This document shows positions 34,473-44,958 of a stretch of 64,000 bases of DNA, in pieces. A model generated the notes under the pieces. It was not told where the DNA came from. It saw only the letters and a list, made by a program, of their open reading frames with translations, and did no database searches. This stretch comes from Microthyrium microscopicum. Taxonomy: Eukaryota. The stretch is from contig MU004232.1 of the NCBI GenBank assembly GCA_010405405.1, positions 329,481 to 393,480 of the forward strand, given 5' to 3'. Every line of letters begins with the position of its first letter. The first letter of the stretch is position 1. Made by a program: the position numbers and the translations under genes.

Positions 34473-36608
34473 TCAATCCTCAGGAGGTTCACTTGGCGCA
34501 TCAGTTGACATGAGAGTGATTTCTGGTCTTTGTCGATTTGTAACAGGATCAAATCGGGGAGACCATTGACCGTTGATGAGCTTGAAGCCATGATCTGCTA
34601 AGGCTTGTTTGAAGCCGGACTTGGAATTTTCTTCCAGCCATACTGCATCAAGCATGTCCTGTGTGTACCCAATCTTCTCCTTCGGTGCGAGTATAGAACT
34701 GCCAACCCATTGCTGGATATATTCATGTAGGATTCCCCTGGCTCCCTTGGATGGCCGCCCATGAGTCCATGGAGGTGGCATATACTCGAGATGTCCTTGT
34801 TCTTGTGCACCTCCACGATGCCAAGGTCGATCATCGAAGATTCTGTAGAATTTCTCATGAAGTCTAAGAATTGTCATGAGTGCATCGAAGGAGTATCGAC
34901 GTGTATTCGGTAACACTAGTCGATTCTGTCTTGTTGATGAGATATCTGAGGAGCAAATCCTCTGGCTGAGTTGCAGCACTGATAATTGACTGGTGTCAAA
35001 CACCAGAACATGACTGGATTGCGGATTTTGATTAGCATTGAGAGAATCTGTGAGATCATGGCACTGGATGACACAGTAGAACAACTTCAACTTCCAAGTA
35101 AGGTGGAGTTGCAGGTTGATGGGTCTATCGCATCTGTGGCAGCTTCCTGTCAAAGCTACAACTTTGCCGTTCTCGATTTCTTCCTTGAGTACTTTTAAAG
35201 GCGGTGGAGATGCGTCTGGATCTGGAGTACCACAGCGGTAGATCTCAGTTCTTTGCTTCTCATCTCCAAACAAAAGATCAAGTGGCCCAAGGTTAAGAGT
35301 TTCCATGAGCGACAAACAGACCCCTCGTTCACTGCGAATTTGTTCATCCACTAGTAGTAGCCGGCTCATTCGAAAATAGAGATCATAAACATTCTCACTG
35401 TAGTCGACGTGTATACTTGCCGCCTGTCGTGCTGTCGCAAGGGAGTTGAGACCATATATTTTGTCACGTCGATCAGAGGACTGCGAATGCTTGTACTTCC
35501 TGAGCAATTCAAGATACTCTCGTCCTGATTGAGCGGCCTCAGTTACAATTTGATAGAATATAGGACTCGCACTGCCGAAACGCGTTGATAATCGATCTAG
35601 TTCGATCAAGGAAGCTTTGGCCGGTATCAATTTGTTGAGTAGGAATTTAGACATTTTCGTGTCAATGCTTCCCCATTTTGGATCATACCCAGGCGGAAAT
35701 GTCGATAGTCCATGATCAAAGTGTATGGTGAGATCGTTTCTCTCCATAGCCTTCCTAAACAGCTTTGATCGTGCTAGTTGGACCTGAGAAACACTGAGTG
35801 GATGCTCTGGTCCCTCCAAAATCCATTTCAACACTCTAAGAAGAGGCTCCCAGGAGATTGTATATCCCGGTAGCAGGATGAATTTGTTGCTGCTCAAGCC
35901 CATCTCTTGTATGATCCAAAGACGTGACCAGTATGAATGGTCACATATAACTTCCACCACGTTGCTGATGAGGCTGAAGTCGCCGTACTTGGGTGGCAAC
36001 CATGTATTTGGTTTAATCCAAGGCCGCCGTGGGCTTTTGTATCCATACATGCGGTATCCATTTTCAACTCTCAGGTCTTTATTCCTGTCCACGTCGAGTA
36101 TCTGACAGTTGTTGAACGATTTGTCTAGGCACGTCAAGTTCCGTTTCCATGTTGGATCAAGGAACGATTCCCGAGCGCTTGTACCCTCAGGCGTGTTCAT
36201 AGTTTCGCCAAACGGTCCAAGCCAAATCAAAGTCGAAGCTGCCTGCTGGTATATGGAAGCCATCATGCTGACCTGCTGGTTGCGCTCCAAAGAATTGTTC
36301 TGGTCGATACAAACCGCATCGATCCAGAAATATTGCTCCTCATAATGATGTCGTGCAATGTGTAGGAAATCCCACAAGTTGCGGCGGATGAGCAGCTGTT
36401 TTCCATTTACCAAGATGTTCCGATCATCGGTTTGTGGACCCCAGGTATATGATAATGCCGTGTACTGGCGCGCCTCGATCTCACCATGTTTGAGCTCACA
36501 TTGCAGGTTACCGTCTATCAGGTTGGGAAGCACTCGTAAAAAGCGAATAACCGCACTATCAGCCAAGGTGGGTAGCGGCTCATACACGTACATATCTGCT
36601 GTTGACAT
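34473..36608 (-). CDS. HET-domain protein with long divergent C-terminal region
   Basis: YEPLP..IRFL, YTALSYTWG, FWIDAVCIDQ, ERNQQVSMMASIY, YWSRLWIIQE, SSDRRDKIYGL; 711 aa, single exon. Confidence 0.95.
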   Translation of the reverse strand: MSTADMYVYEPLPTLADSAVIRFLRVLPNLIDGNLQCELKHGEIEARQYTALSYTWGPQTDDRNILVNGKQLLIRRNLWDFLHIARHHYEEQYFWIDAVCIDQNNSLERNQQVSMMASIYQQAASTLIWLGPFGETMNTPEGTSARESFLDPTWKRNLTCLDKSFNNCQILDVDRNKDLRVENGYRMYGYKSPRRPWIKPNTWLPPKYGDFSLISNVVEVICDHSYWSRLWIIQEMGLSSNKFILLPGYTISWEPLLRVLKWILEGPEHPLSVSQVQLARSKLFRKAMERNDLTIHFDHGLSTFPPGYDPKWGSIDTKMSKFLLNKLIPAKASLIELDRLSTRFGSASPIFYQIVTEAAQSGREYLELLRKYKHSQSSDRRDKIYGLNSLATARQAASIHVDYSENVYDLYFRMSRLLLVDEQIRSERGVCLSLMETLNLGPLDLLFGDEKQRTEIYRCGTPDPDASPPPLKVLKEEIENGKVVALTGSCHRCDRPINLQLHLTWKLKLFYCVIQCHDLTDSLNANQNPQSSHVLVFDTSQLSVLQLSQRICSSDISSTRQNRLVLPNTRRYSFDALMTILRLHEKFYRIFDDRPWHRGGAQEQGHLEYMPPPWTHGRPSKGARGILHEYIQQWVGSSILAPKEKIGYTQDMLDAVWLEENSKSGFKQALADHGFKLINGQWSPRFDPVTNRQRPEITLMSTDAPSEPPED

Positions 36609-37383
36609 CCTGTGGGGTGTGGAGTGTGTTGTAGAAGGTTAAATTTTGGATGGTGCATCGTGAGAGTTCGCGAGAGACTACCGCGACGTTTGCAGTATAT
36701 GTTCGTCTCGATTAGGACGAATTGTGGCTTGCGCTGAAATCAATAGAAAATCAGGGGTAATGACGAGGACTCCCTGCCTACCAGTATACATTCTGCTCGT
36801 CCTATAAAAGTAATGAATTATTGTTAGCTTCGTCCTCTCAAATAGGAGACTTATCTCTTCTTCACCATACCTCTCATAAGCTGCATACCAATTTCGGAAC
36901 ACGCCTTTCGCGTTGACCTTGTCCTCCAGTCGTTTGTGGCAAGCACATTGTCGTCGCGCCATGTACCCATTCCAACACACACGTAGCTCAGCCCTTCAAT
37001 GACAAAGCTGCGTTCTTCTTCGCCGGTTGGTTGTTCCTTTAACTTCATGTCTGGGTTCTGGTAGAACAAGGCAACATACGATAGCCCCCTAAATAAGCCA
37101 CCGAATTTTTTCATTTTCGGAATGCAAATGTTAACCTTGGTGTGCCTAAGGAATTCTTGATTCCATGAAACAGTATGAAGTAGCAACCAATATTTGGGTA
37201 GTTATCACTGGTATTGGGCGGGAGGAGTACTGCTTATTCATACAGAGTGTAATGCTTCACATTTGATGTGATCCAGTAACATTTTGGAACAAGCTCTTCT
37301 CTGGGGTACATTGAACATAAAAAGCTTTTATTCCAAACATCGGCCATTCATACACTGGCTAAGAGGCCATGATAACATGAAGC

Positions 37384-38890
37384 TCAGCCTTGAACCCTCC
37401 GTCTACTTGTCGTCGAATCGTCTCCATCAGAGTCGGTTTCGCTCTCAATTTCCGGGAATAATGTTCTCTGTTCCAAAATTCCTTTAAGCAGAATAGATTT
37501 CTTTGGGTCTTGTTCCCTTTCAATCGCTGCAATCAACCAGCGATTGTAATCCACACGCACCATAGCTCTTTTTTTTATCCCGTCTAACGAGTCAAGGTGC
37601 CAGAGAACACCACTGTAATCATTGCGGATGTCAGAGGAGTGAGGTTTACACCAGAATGAATTGTCACCCATGTCGGGCTCAGGTTCCGTAATATGATAAT
37701 GTCCGACAGTCCATCCGTGTTTGATCATGGAAGTTCTCAGTTCCGAATTAGGTCGTATTCCAGATGTCGTGCTGACAATGACTTCTTTTAACGAGGTAAT
37801 CTTCCGAATCTCGCGATCCACTACAGAGATTGGATCGAACCAATCCTTGTCGTCGTCCTTCGACTGGAAAGTGCAATTCAAATTTGATACTTCGCTAGCC
37901 CATGGATTGTTGTCCACCGACATTTCAAGGGTCTGGAGGTTCGGACATCGGCTTTTAATAACATTGAGGCCGAAGAGAGCGGCTGCACGGGACCCAACGC
38001 TCTCAAGCAATGGATTGAACGGATTGGTCTTCAACACTTGTGGGAAATATATCATGAGATAGCGTATATGCTGAGAATTGTGAGAACCGACAATGTGTAG
38101 AAAGTTGTCAAGTATGCGCCTAGAATCCGTCAGTTTGAACAAGTACTGGATGTTACAGAGTAGTCTTCTTCGGAGCTATGTTTTAGCTAGCAATCGCTAC
38201 GACACACCTATAAAATAGCGGGCTTGCTCTGTAACCTCGAGGCTTAGAGCTGCGAAAAGGAGACTTACCATTCCTGGTTATATAAGTAGTCTCCTGATAC
38301 CTTCAACGGATTATGCACCATGCTATGGAAGAACATAAACTTGTTTTCTGAGTATAGCACCGCACAGGCCTCTTCATTGATGATACGACTCAAGCGAAGT
38401 ACCTGGCAAGTTAGTATAATCCATATTGGGACTTGACTTGCAGGTCAAAAGTATAAGGCATTTAATACGTGCAAGCTGTCTTTCTGCTATTCCCGAGACT
38501 TCTCACCACGAGCATTCAGTGAGAAGACTAAGCATCGCTTGAGAGCCGCCTGGTTGAAGATTTTCGAGTATTCTTTGGGTTCCTTACCTGAGCTGAAAGG
38601 GTTGGTATCTCATCTTTGTGTTGATATTGATAGTCCACCTTCTCAGTCCAGAAAACTCCTTCCGGGTTGCCGGAATCCTCAAGCCATTTCTTTCGTTCGC
38701 TAGGGCCCAAGCTATCTACCCAGGGAATGCTTGGATCAGAGAAGTATACATATTTCAGCCGTTCAAGAATCGCTCTACTTCCACGTTTTCGCGAGAACGC
38801 TACCCTCATTTTGCAGGGTTCTGGTAGAACAAGCAGATGGCGATATACCATTTGCCTGATCTCAGGAGGTAGGTCCATTAAACTAGTCAT
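37384..38890 (-). CDS. F-box-like hypothetical protein (paralog B), multi-exon, splicing partly unresolved
   Basis: Exon 1 MTSLMDLPPEIRQMVYRHLLVLPEP ends at GTAAGG near 38588; exon 2 is VLRLSRIINEEACAVLYSENKF; the last exon resembles paralog A. I could not join exon 2 to the last exon cleanly in frame, so the gene may be degenerate. Confidence 0.65.
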
Positions 38891-39150
38891 TTTGGCAGTA
38901 AAGCCTCGACACTGAGAGAACGTAGGAAGAGCTTGAATATAATGAATCGTAGCACAAAAGATTGCGAGGAAAGTCAATTGAACTTCAGGATGCGACGTTA
39001 AGAGGACCGAAATCCCAGCCCCCAACCTTAATCTAAACAGCCCCACACGGGCCTAGCTCGAACTCTTGGCATTAAAACTCCAAACTTTTTTTATTCCAAC
39101 TTTCTACTCGAGTTAATTCTCGCAGCATACCACCATTCACGCACCCTGAT

Positions 39151-41352
39151 ATGTCGTCAAATTCGAAAAGTAAAGCTCCGAAGAGCAAAGCCGTCTCATT
39201 CGCCCCAAGTACCACCGATGACCGTTTCTCCTCCTTCAAATCCAGCGCACGCTTCCGCCTCCCCTCCAAGAAGCACACAAAAACGAAACTAGACAAACGA
39301 CTGAGCGGTATCTTAAACGACGATGCATTTTCCAAGAAAGCCACCGTCGACAGATATGGTCGCAAGCTCTCGAGCGACCAGACCCGCAAAGACCTTACGC
39401 GCCTGTATCGACTAGCCTCTGACGACGAAGAGGAAGAAAATAGTGGGGATGATGACAGGGTTGTGTCGAAAGAGCTGCAACGGGTCGAGAAGAAATATGA
39501 TCCAGCAAGAGATGGCGGTTTCAGCACGAGCGAGAGTGAAAGCGAGTCGGAAGATGAGAGCGAAGTCGAGGAGGACATTGAGGCTGCGTTGCCTGATGCG
39601 GGCGCAGACGAGGTCCCAATGGGAGAGGTCTCGTCGCGGCTGGCGGTGGTCAATCTCGACTGGGATAATATACGTGCAGAGGATATCATGTGTGTGGCTT
39701 CAAGTTTTGCGCCGCCTGAGGGCAGAATAGTGTCTGTGACAGTATATCCGTCCGAGTTTGGTCGAGAGCGTATGGAGCGGGAAGAAGTTGAGGGCCCTCC
39801 GAAAGAGATATTCCAATCCATCGCAAAGGAAAAGGAGGAGATGAAAGCCAAAAAGATTGCACAATTGGTGGACAGCAATCCCAATGACTCCGAGGGTGAA
39901 GATGAAGGCGGAGAGCAAGACTCGGAAGAAGAAGACGAGAAGATCAAGAAGCAGCTATTACAAGAAGACACAGGTGCTGAGTTTGACTCTGTGGCTCTAC
40001 GAAGATACCAACTCGACCGATTAAAGTATTACTATGCGGTAATATCATGCTCGGGTAAGGAGACTGCTCAAGCGCTTTACGATAACATGGACGGCCAAGA
40101 ATATTTGTCTTCCGCAAATTTCTTCGACATGCGATTTATCCCAGACGATGTCGATTTTGACAACGATAAGCCTCGCGAGACTTGCAAAAAGGTGCCGGAA
40201 GGGTATAAGCCCTCGGATTTCACAACGGATGCGCTGATGCACTCAAACGTCAAGCTTACCTGGGATGCTGATGACACAAAACGGAAAGAAGTTCAAAAAC
40301 GCGCTTTCAGTCGGAAAGAGATTGATGAGAACGATCTATTGGCGTACATCGGAAGCGCTTCATCATCGGACGAGGAAGAAGAGGATGAGATAATAGAGGA
40401 TGATGACTCCGATGCTGGTATCAAATCCACAACATCAAAAGCCACAACGCGTCAAGCACGGAGAGAAGCTCTTCGAACAGCACTAGGCCTAGATCTTGAG
40501 CCTTCAACATCGAGGAAAAGCAAAAAGGAGGAGAAGCCCGTTGGTGACATGCAAATCACCTTCACCCCCGCTCTCTCGTCATCAACCAAGAAAGGAACAT
40601 CAGTGTTTGAGAATGAGCCAATACCACCAGACGAAACTACCGCCGAACAATACAAACGCAAAGCCCGTGAGCGTAAAGCTCTGCGCAAAGAACGAGCAAA
40701 AGCCCGCCGCGAGGGCCTAGATCCTGATACAGTTCAAGGCGCAATCAAAGGCTCCGGCGACGAAGTCGAGGAGCCACAAGCCAACTCCGATGACGAAGCA
40801 GATGAAGACGACCCGTTCAACGATCCATTTTTTGAGAATCCAAGCGCCGCCATTGCAGACTCCCGCGACGCACGCCGCGCAGAAAAGCAACGCAAAAAGC
40901 GCGAAGCCGAAGAAGCCCTTCAAGCCAAGAGTGCGCAACGTGCCGAGCTGGAACTTATGATGATGGATGATGCTGAAGGTGCCGAAGACAAGACATTTGA
41001 TATGAAAGCCATTCAAAAAGCAGACAAAGACGCACGCAAGAAGAATAAAGGAAAGAAGCACAAAGACAAGAGCAAAAAGTCAGAGACTACTAGTGCTGCT
41101 CAATCCAATTTCGAGATGAATCTGCACGATCCACGTTTCTCGAAGCTCTATGAAGATCCTGCCTTTGCCATTGATCCGACGAATCCCAAATTCAGGGATA
41201 CGGAGGGTATGAGAGCGATTTTGGGTGAGAAGCGGAAGAGAGGGGAGGAGAGAGTTTCGAATATTGAGGGGAAGGAGTCGACAAAGTCAGCTGGGAAGGT
41301 TGATAGCATTAAGGAATCGATTGCACGGATAGGCAAGAGACAGAAGACGTAG
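39151..41352 (+). CDS. ESF1: Pre-rRNA-processing protein Esf1
   Basis: VDRYGR, RLAVVNLDWDNIRAED, VYPSEFGRERM, LRRYQLDRLKYYYAV, FFDMRFIPD, NUC153 motif DPRFSKLYEDPAFAIDPTNPKF. Confidence 0.96.
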   Translation: MSSNSKSKAPKSKAVSFAPSTTDDRFSSFKSSARFRLPSKKHTKTKLDKRLSGILNDDAFSKKATVDRYGRKLSSDQTRKDLTRLYRLASDDEEEENSGDDDRVVSKELQRVEKKYDPARDGGFSTSESESESEDESEVEEDIEAALPDAGADEVPMGEVSSRLAVVNLDWDNIRAEDIMCVASSFAPPEGRIVSVTVYPSEFGRERMEREEVEGPPKEIFQSIAKEKEEMKAKKIAQLVDSNPNDSEGEDEGGEQDSEEEDEKIKKQLLQEDTGAEFDSVALRRYQLDRLKYYYAVISCSGKETAQALYDNMDGQEYLSSANFFDMRFIPDDVDFDNDKPRETCKKVPEGYKPSDFTTDALMHSNVKLTWDADDTKRKEVQKRAFSRKEIDENDLLAYIGSASSSDEEEEDEIIEDDDSDAGIKSTTSKATTRQARREALRTALGLDLEPSTSRKSKKEEKPVGDMQITFTPALSSSTKKGTSVFENEPIPPDETTAEQYKRKARERKALRKERAKARREGLDPDTVQGAIKGSGDEVEEPQANSDDEADEDDPFNDPFFENPSAAIADSRDARRAEKQRKKREAEEALQAKSAQRAELELMMMDDAEGAEDKTFDMKAIQKADKDARKKNKGKKHKDKSKKSETTSAAQSNFEMNLHDPRFSKLYEDPAFAIDPTNPKFRDTEGMRAILGEKRKRGEERVSNIEGKESTKSAGKVDSIKESIARIGKRQKT

Positions 41353-42103
41353 TTGTGCCAGATGCCTCAGAGAGGTTTGCTTGTGGTGTAGGATACACAT
41401 GCGACATGAGTTATGAGGCTACAGCTATATTTACTATAGCAAATATGAGACACGATGCTTGATATCATTATCATATACGCTGTTTCGTGGAAATGTGACT
41501 CTGGTCTTCCTCAGGCTGATAGAGTAACTGTCAATTTCATCGACCATCTAGGGAGCTGTCGTTTTTTTGATAGGGCTGTTTTCAGCCTTGCCAAGACCTT
41601 TTTCAGCCTCATCTTAACTTCACTTGGCCATGCGCTGTCTTGATCGTTCAGAATTCTCATTATAAAAGAGCTCACATTTATTGTAAGTACCCCAGCGTGA
41701 TTAAATGCACGAGAAACGATCGCCGAACTATGAAATCGTATGCCATCATTCTTGGGGGTTATAGAGTGCGAAGAACTCAATCCTAGACACGGCGATGACT
41801 CTACCAAGAGAACCAACATTCACCAATGTTGGAGAAGAAAGCGTGTTGAAAATCATCATGATATTGGTACGGTTCCACAAGAGAACGTTGATATCAACGA
41901 CTTCTGTCTATACTCTCGAGTCTCTGACCAGCATAACAGCAATATCCTCCACAGTTTCAGTCCTGGAGTTTCCACTGTCCCGGAAGCTCCAGCCTCTTCA
42001 GCTAACAAGCATTAATCAGTGTGACAGGTTTCAATTGTGACGTGCCAATTCCCCCTCGGCCATCGGCCATCGGAGGCAACCGTCAACCGCTTCACTCTTT
42101 GGG

Positions 42104-43383
42104 CTAAATTGGAAACAGATTGAGCTTACGGTTGGTTTCCAGTAATCGATGAGCCAGGTGAGGAGCTAAGCGTGGCCGTGCGATGGCATCATCGACCTTT
42201 GTTCTGAATGTTCCCCATCGTTCTTTTGCAGCAGGGCAATGGCGCTCCATCTGGGGTTCCTCATCTTCCCACGTTTTTTCTTCTTCTTCCTCGTCATCAT
42301 CATCTTTGAGCCAACAAGTCTCCGTACTATCAACATTCCAACTTGACGGCTCGAAAGATCGACACCAACCTTGTCCGCGTAGTTTATTTTCTTCCCATTC
42401 ATGGTGCGGTCGAGAGATTGTGAGCAATGTTCCCCCATAATAGCGCCCTTGCAGAGAACTTAATGACTTGATCAACTTGCGGAGAGGGTCATGTCTATTC
42501 CATGGCAGAAGTTGTGGCCAGAGAGTGATACGCTCTGCCTCTATGTTGCGACGGAAAACTTGTTCTTGTTCTTCGGTGCATTCGGCTTGCTGGCATTCTT
42601 GACAAAGTTTGTACTTTATCTTCCTATATTTCGTAGGTTTGATTTCGACGAGGGAGGTTAGATATTCTTCGCCTGCATCGAAGAGCTCCTTTATAAATTG
42701 CTCACGCCTATCCAACACGTATTCTAGAGAAAGCCAATGGTTAGTGTCTGACCATTCGCCTCATAATTTCTGATGTCTGGCTTACCTTGCAGGCACGGAA
42801 TCCGAAAATCAAGTTCTTTTTCTAAACATCTTAGGGAGCCAGGTTTGCTTCCATGAATGGCGTGGAGCAACAAATACTGATAGATGTCATTCACAGTTTT
42901 GATGTCTCCGAAAACCCAAGCAACGTCCATTAGATGCCATCGAGCATTCAAGGAGTGCAACTTGGGGATGTGAAAAGGTTTCATCCAATTCCGTACCCAG
43001 GGAATCACTACGCGAGCGCAGTCATATTTGTAACAGACCTCAGCAAGTCTACGGAGTTGGTCGAAGTCCATGGCCTCAGGAATATTTTGAAGTGACAGCT
43101 GCGAGATTGAAAGAAGTAATAGCATGCTATCCAGGTCATCCTCCGGGAAGTATACTTGTCCAGTGACGGCCTCTTTGTAACCGCCTTGGACCATGGCCTT
43201 CCAAACTGGAGATGCAAGAGCGAGTGCTTCAGAGGAAACCATAAGTTCGATTTGACCCTCGTCTTTCTTGCCAATCGTAACAGTAAAGGGATTGGCCCCT
43301 TGGTAGAGAGCTAGTTGCTGGGGTTGTCGGTAGAAGGCTTCAATATCTTCTATCTGGTCCGACATGTTGAACATATTCGTCAT
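42104..43383 (-). CDS. BTB/POZ-domain protein (2 exons)
   Basis: LMVSSEALALASPVWKAMVQGGYKE, FPEDDLDSMLLLL, LAEVCYKYDC; intron GTAAGC..CTAAC..AG near 42786-42724 joins the two ORFs in frame. Confidence 0.88.
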
Positions 43384-43511
43384 TGTCGCTTCTTCTTCTG
43401 ATGTGGCAGATTTCGTTAACAGTCCGGGCTCTGAAAGATAAGTTCCATCATCCAGATACCACAGATCACTTTCGCCTAACTTTGGTCAGTCAGATCATAT
43501 CAAGTCAAGAT

Positions 43512-43643
43512 TTATTCTAGCTCACCACTTCTCAAATCTACCCAGTGATACTGCTTGAGATGTGCGAGTCGTAACTTCGCAGAAGCAAACTTTTCATTAC
43601 AAAGAAGTAGTGGACAGTTCCACAAGAACGAACCAGAGTCCAT
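43512..43643 (-). CDS. Small ORF (43 aa) or exon fragment encoding one C2H2 zinc finger
   Basis: MDSGSFLWN-C-PLLL-C-NEKFASAKLRLA-H-LKQY-H matches C-x4-C-x3-F-x8-H-x4-H. Confidence 0.45.
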   Translation of the reverse strand: MDSGSFLWNCPLLLCNEKFASAKLRLAHLKQYHWVDLRSGELE

Positions 43644-44958
43644 AATGGCTTTGAGAACGCAAACCTTGGTAATTGACGTTATGATAACCTGTGGTCGCAC
43701 CGTAGATGAGTCGATAGCTGGAAATTAGGCCCGGCGAAGAATAAAATCTGACGGGAGAGCACGACGATAAGGAGGCGCTAATTAAGTTGAAGCGGTACAG
43801 AGGAAGCAATTCTGGTAGTGGAATCGGGACTAAGGCTTAAAGGCCACCCTACAATGTAGAAGTATAGCCCGCCCGGACCGTAGGTCACCGAAATAAGTGT
43901 CTACCAAAGTTTTGTCACTGTTACCAGCACAAAGGTCCTAGAGTATCAAGTTACTACGTGCGCATAGCCTTATTTCTTAGATCTACCTCAAACTTAACCT
44001 GTGCCTCTGCTTAATTTATGGAGATATAGCAGGCGGTACCGCTTTTAATAAGCAACACACTGAAATACAGTTTTATGGGCAAACTCTTTTGGCGAGAATT
44101 CTCTTCTGCTCATAAATTCGAAAGGGCGTGGTCCTTCCTAAAAAAAAAGTCGCGGTATATGCGCGAACCTTGAGCTTCTTTTGGTACCGAACCGTGCAGT
44201 GACCGTGGTTGAGCCTCCATAAATTTTACACCTCTGGCAGTATATATGCTTTGTGACTGGTCCGGACATGGTGTGCTTCCTTTTGACGTAGTCACCACCA
44301 TATCTGTTATTAATAACCTGTTCATTCCTGCCAACTTCCCAGCCGAGACCTTTCAGGCACTGAGCAGAATATAGTCTTGCCAACTTACAGCTACACCATT
44401 TCCTTACTTGATCCGCCATATCGGTTCTCATATCAATTCTGATCACGTATCCCCATCACCGGATTCAATACGGATTTCCAACTGATTGATTTAGCTATCC
44501 TCCGAAGCTATCTCGATATACTAACAACCAACTTCCAAAACTGACTAGCAGGATTGTTACACAGCCAAAACAGCGTCAAGTCGCCTGTCAAGAGTATCTA
44601 AATTGGCTTCAGCCTGTTTCCACTGCGCGCCAGTGATACGATTTATTACCAAGCTCTCTCTCGACTCGACAGTCTACATCATTGGTCTCATTCTGATAGC
44701 ATATCCTCTTCATTGCTCTCTCTTCAAGCGGCACTTCACACCTTTCTGGTCTCTGGTGCTCTATTGTTCCACGTCATCAGATTTTGCGGTCCCTCCAGCA
44801 ATTACCTTGGCCGCCTTTCTTGATCTCTCTGCAAGGAACCCGACATTATCTACGACAGCTAAGGGCCAATTTGCAATCATCTGAATCGCACGCTCTCGAA
44901 TATTGACGGGATATCGCACCAAAGCTTCATCGTAATTTCAGATTCCACCTTCAACATC

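Noticed and set aside
39072..39971. 299-aa antisense ORF, and similar ones such as 28360-29136 and 58801-59337
   Set aside because: Shadow ORFs opposite real genes, produced by biased codon composition.
41455..42050. Small gene between ESF1 and the BTB gene
   Set aside because: Fragmentary frames with stops on both strands and no motif.
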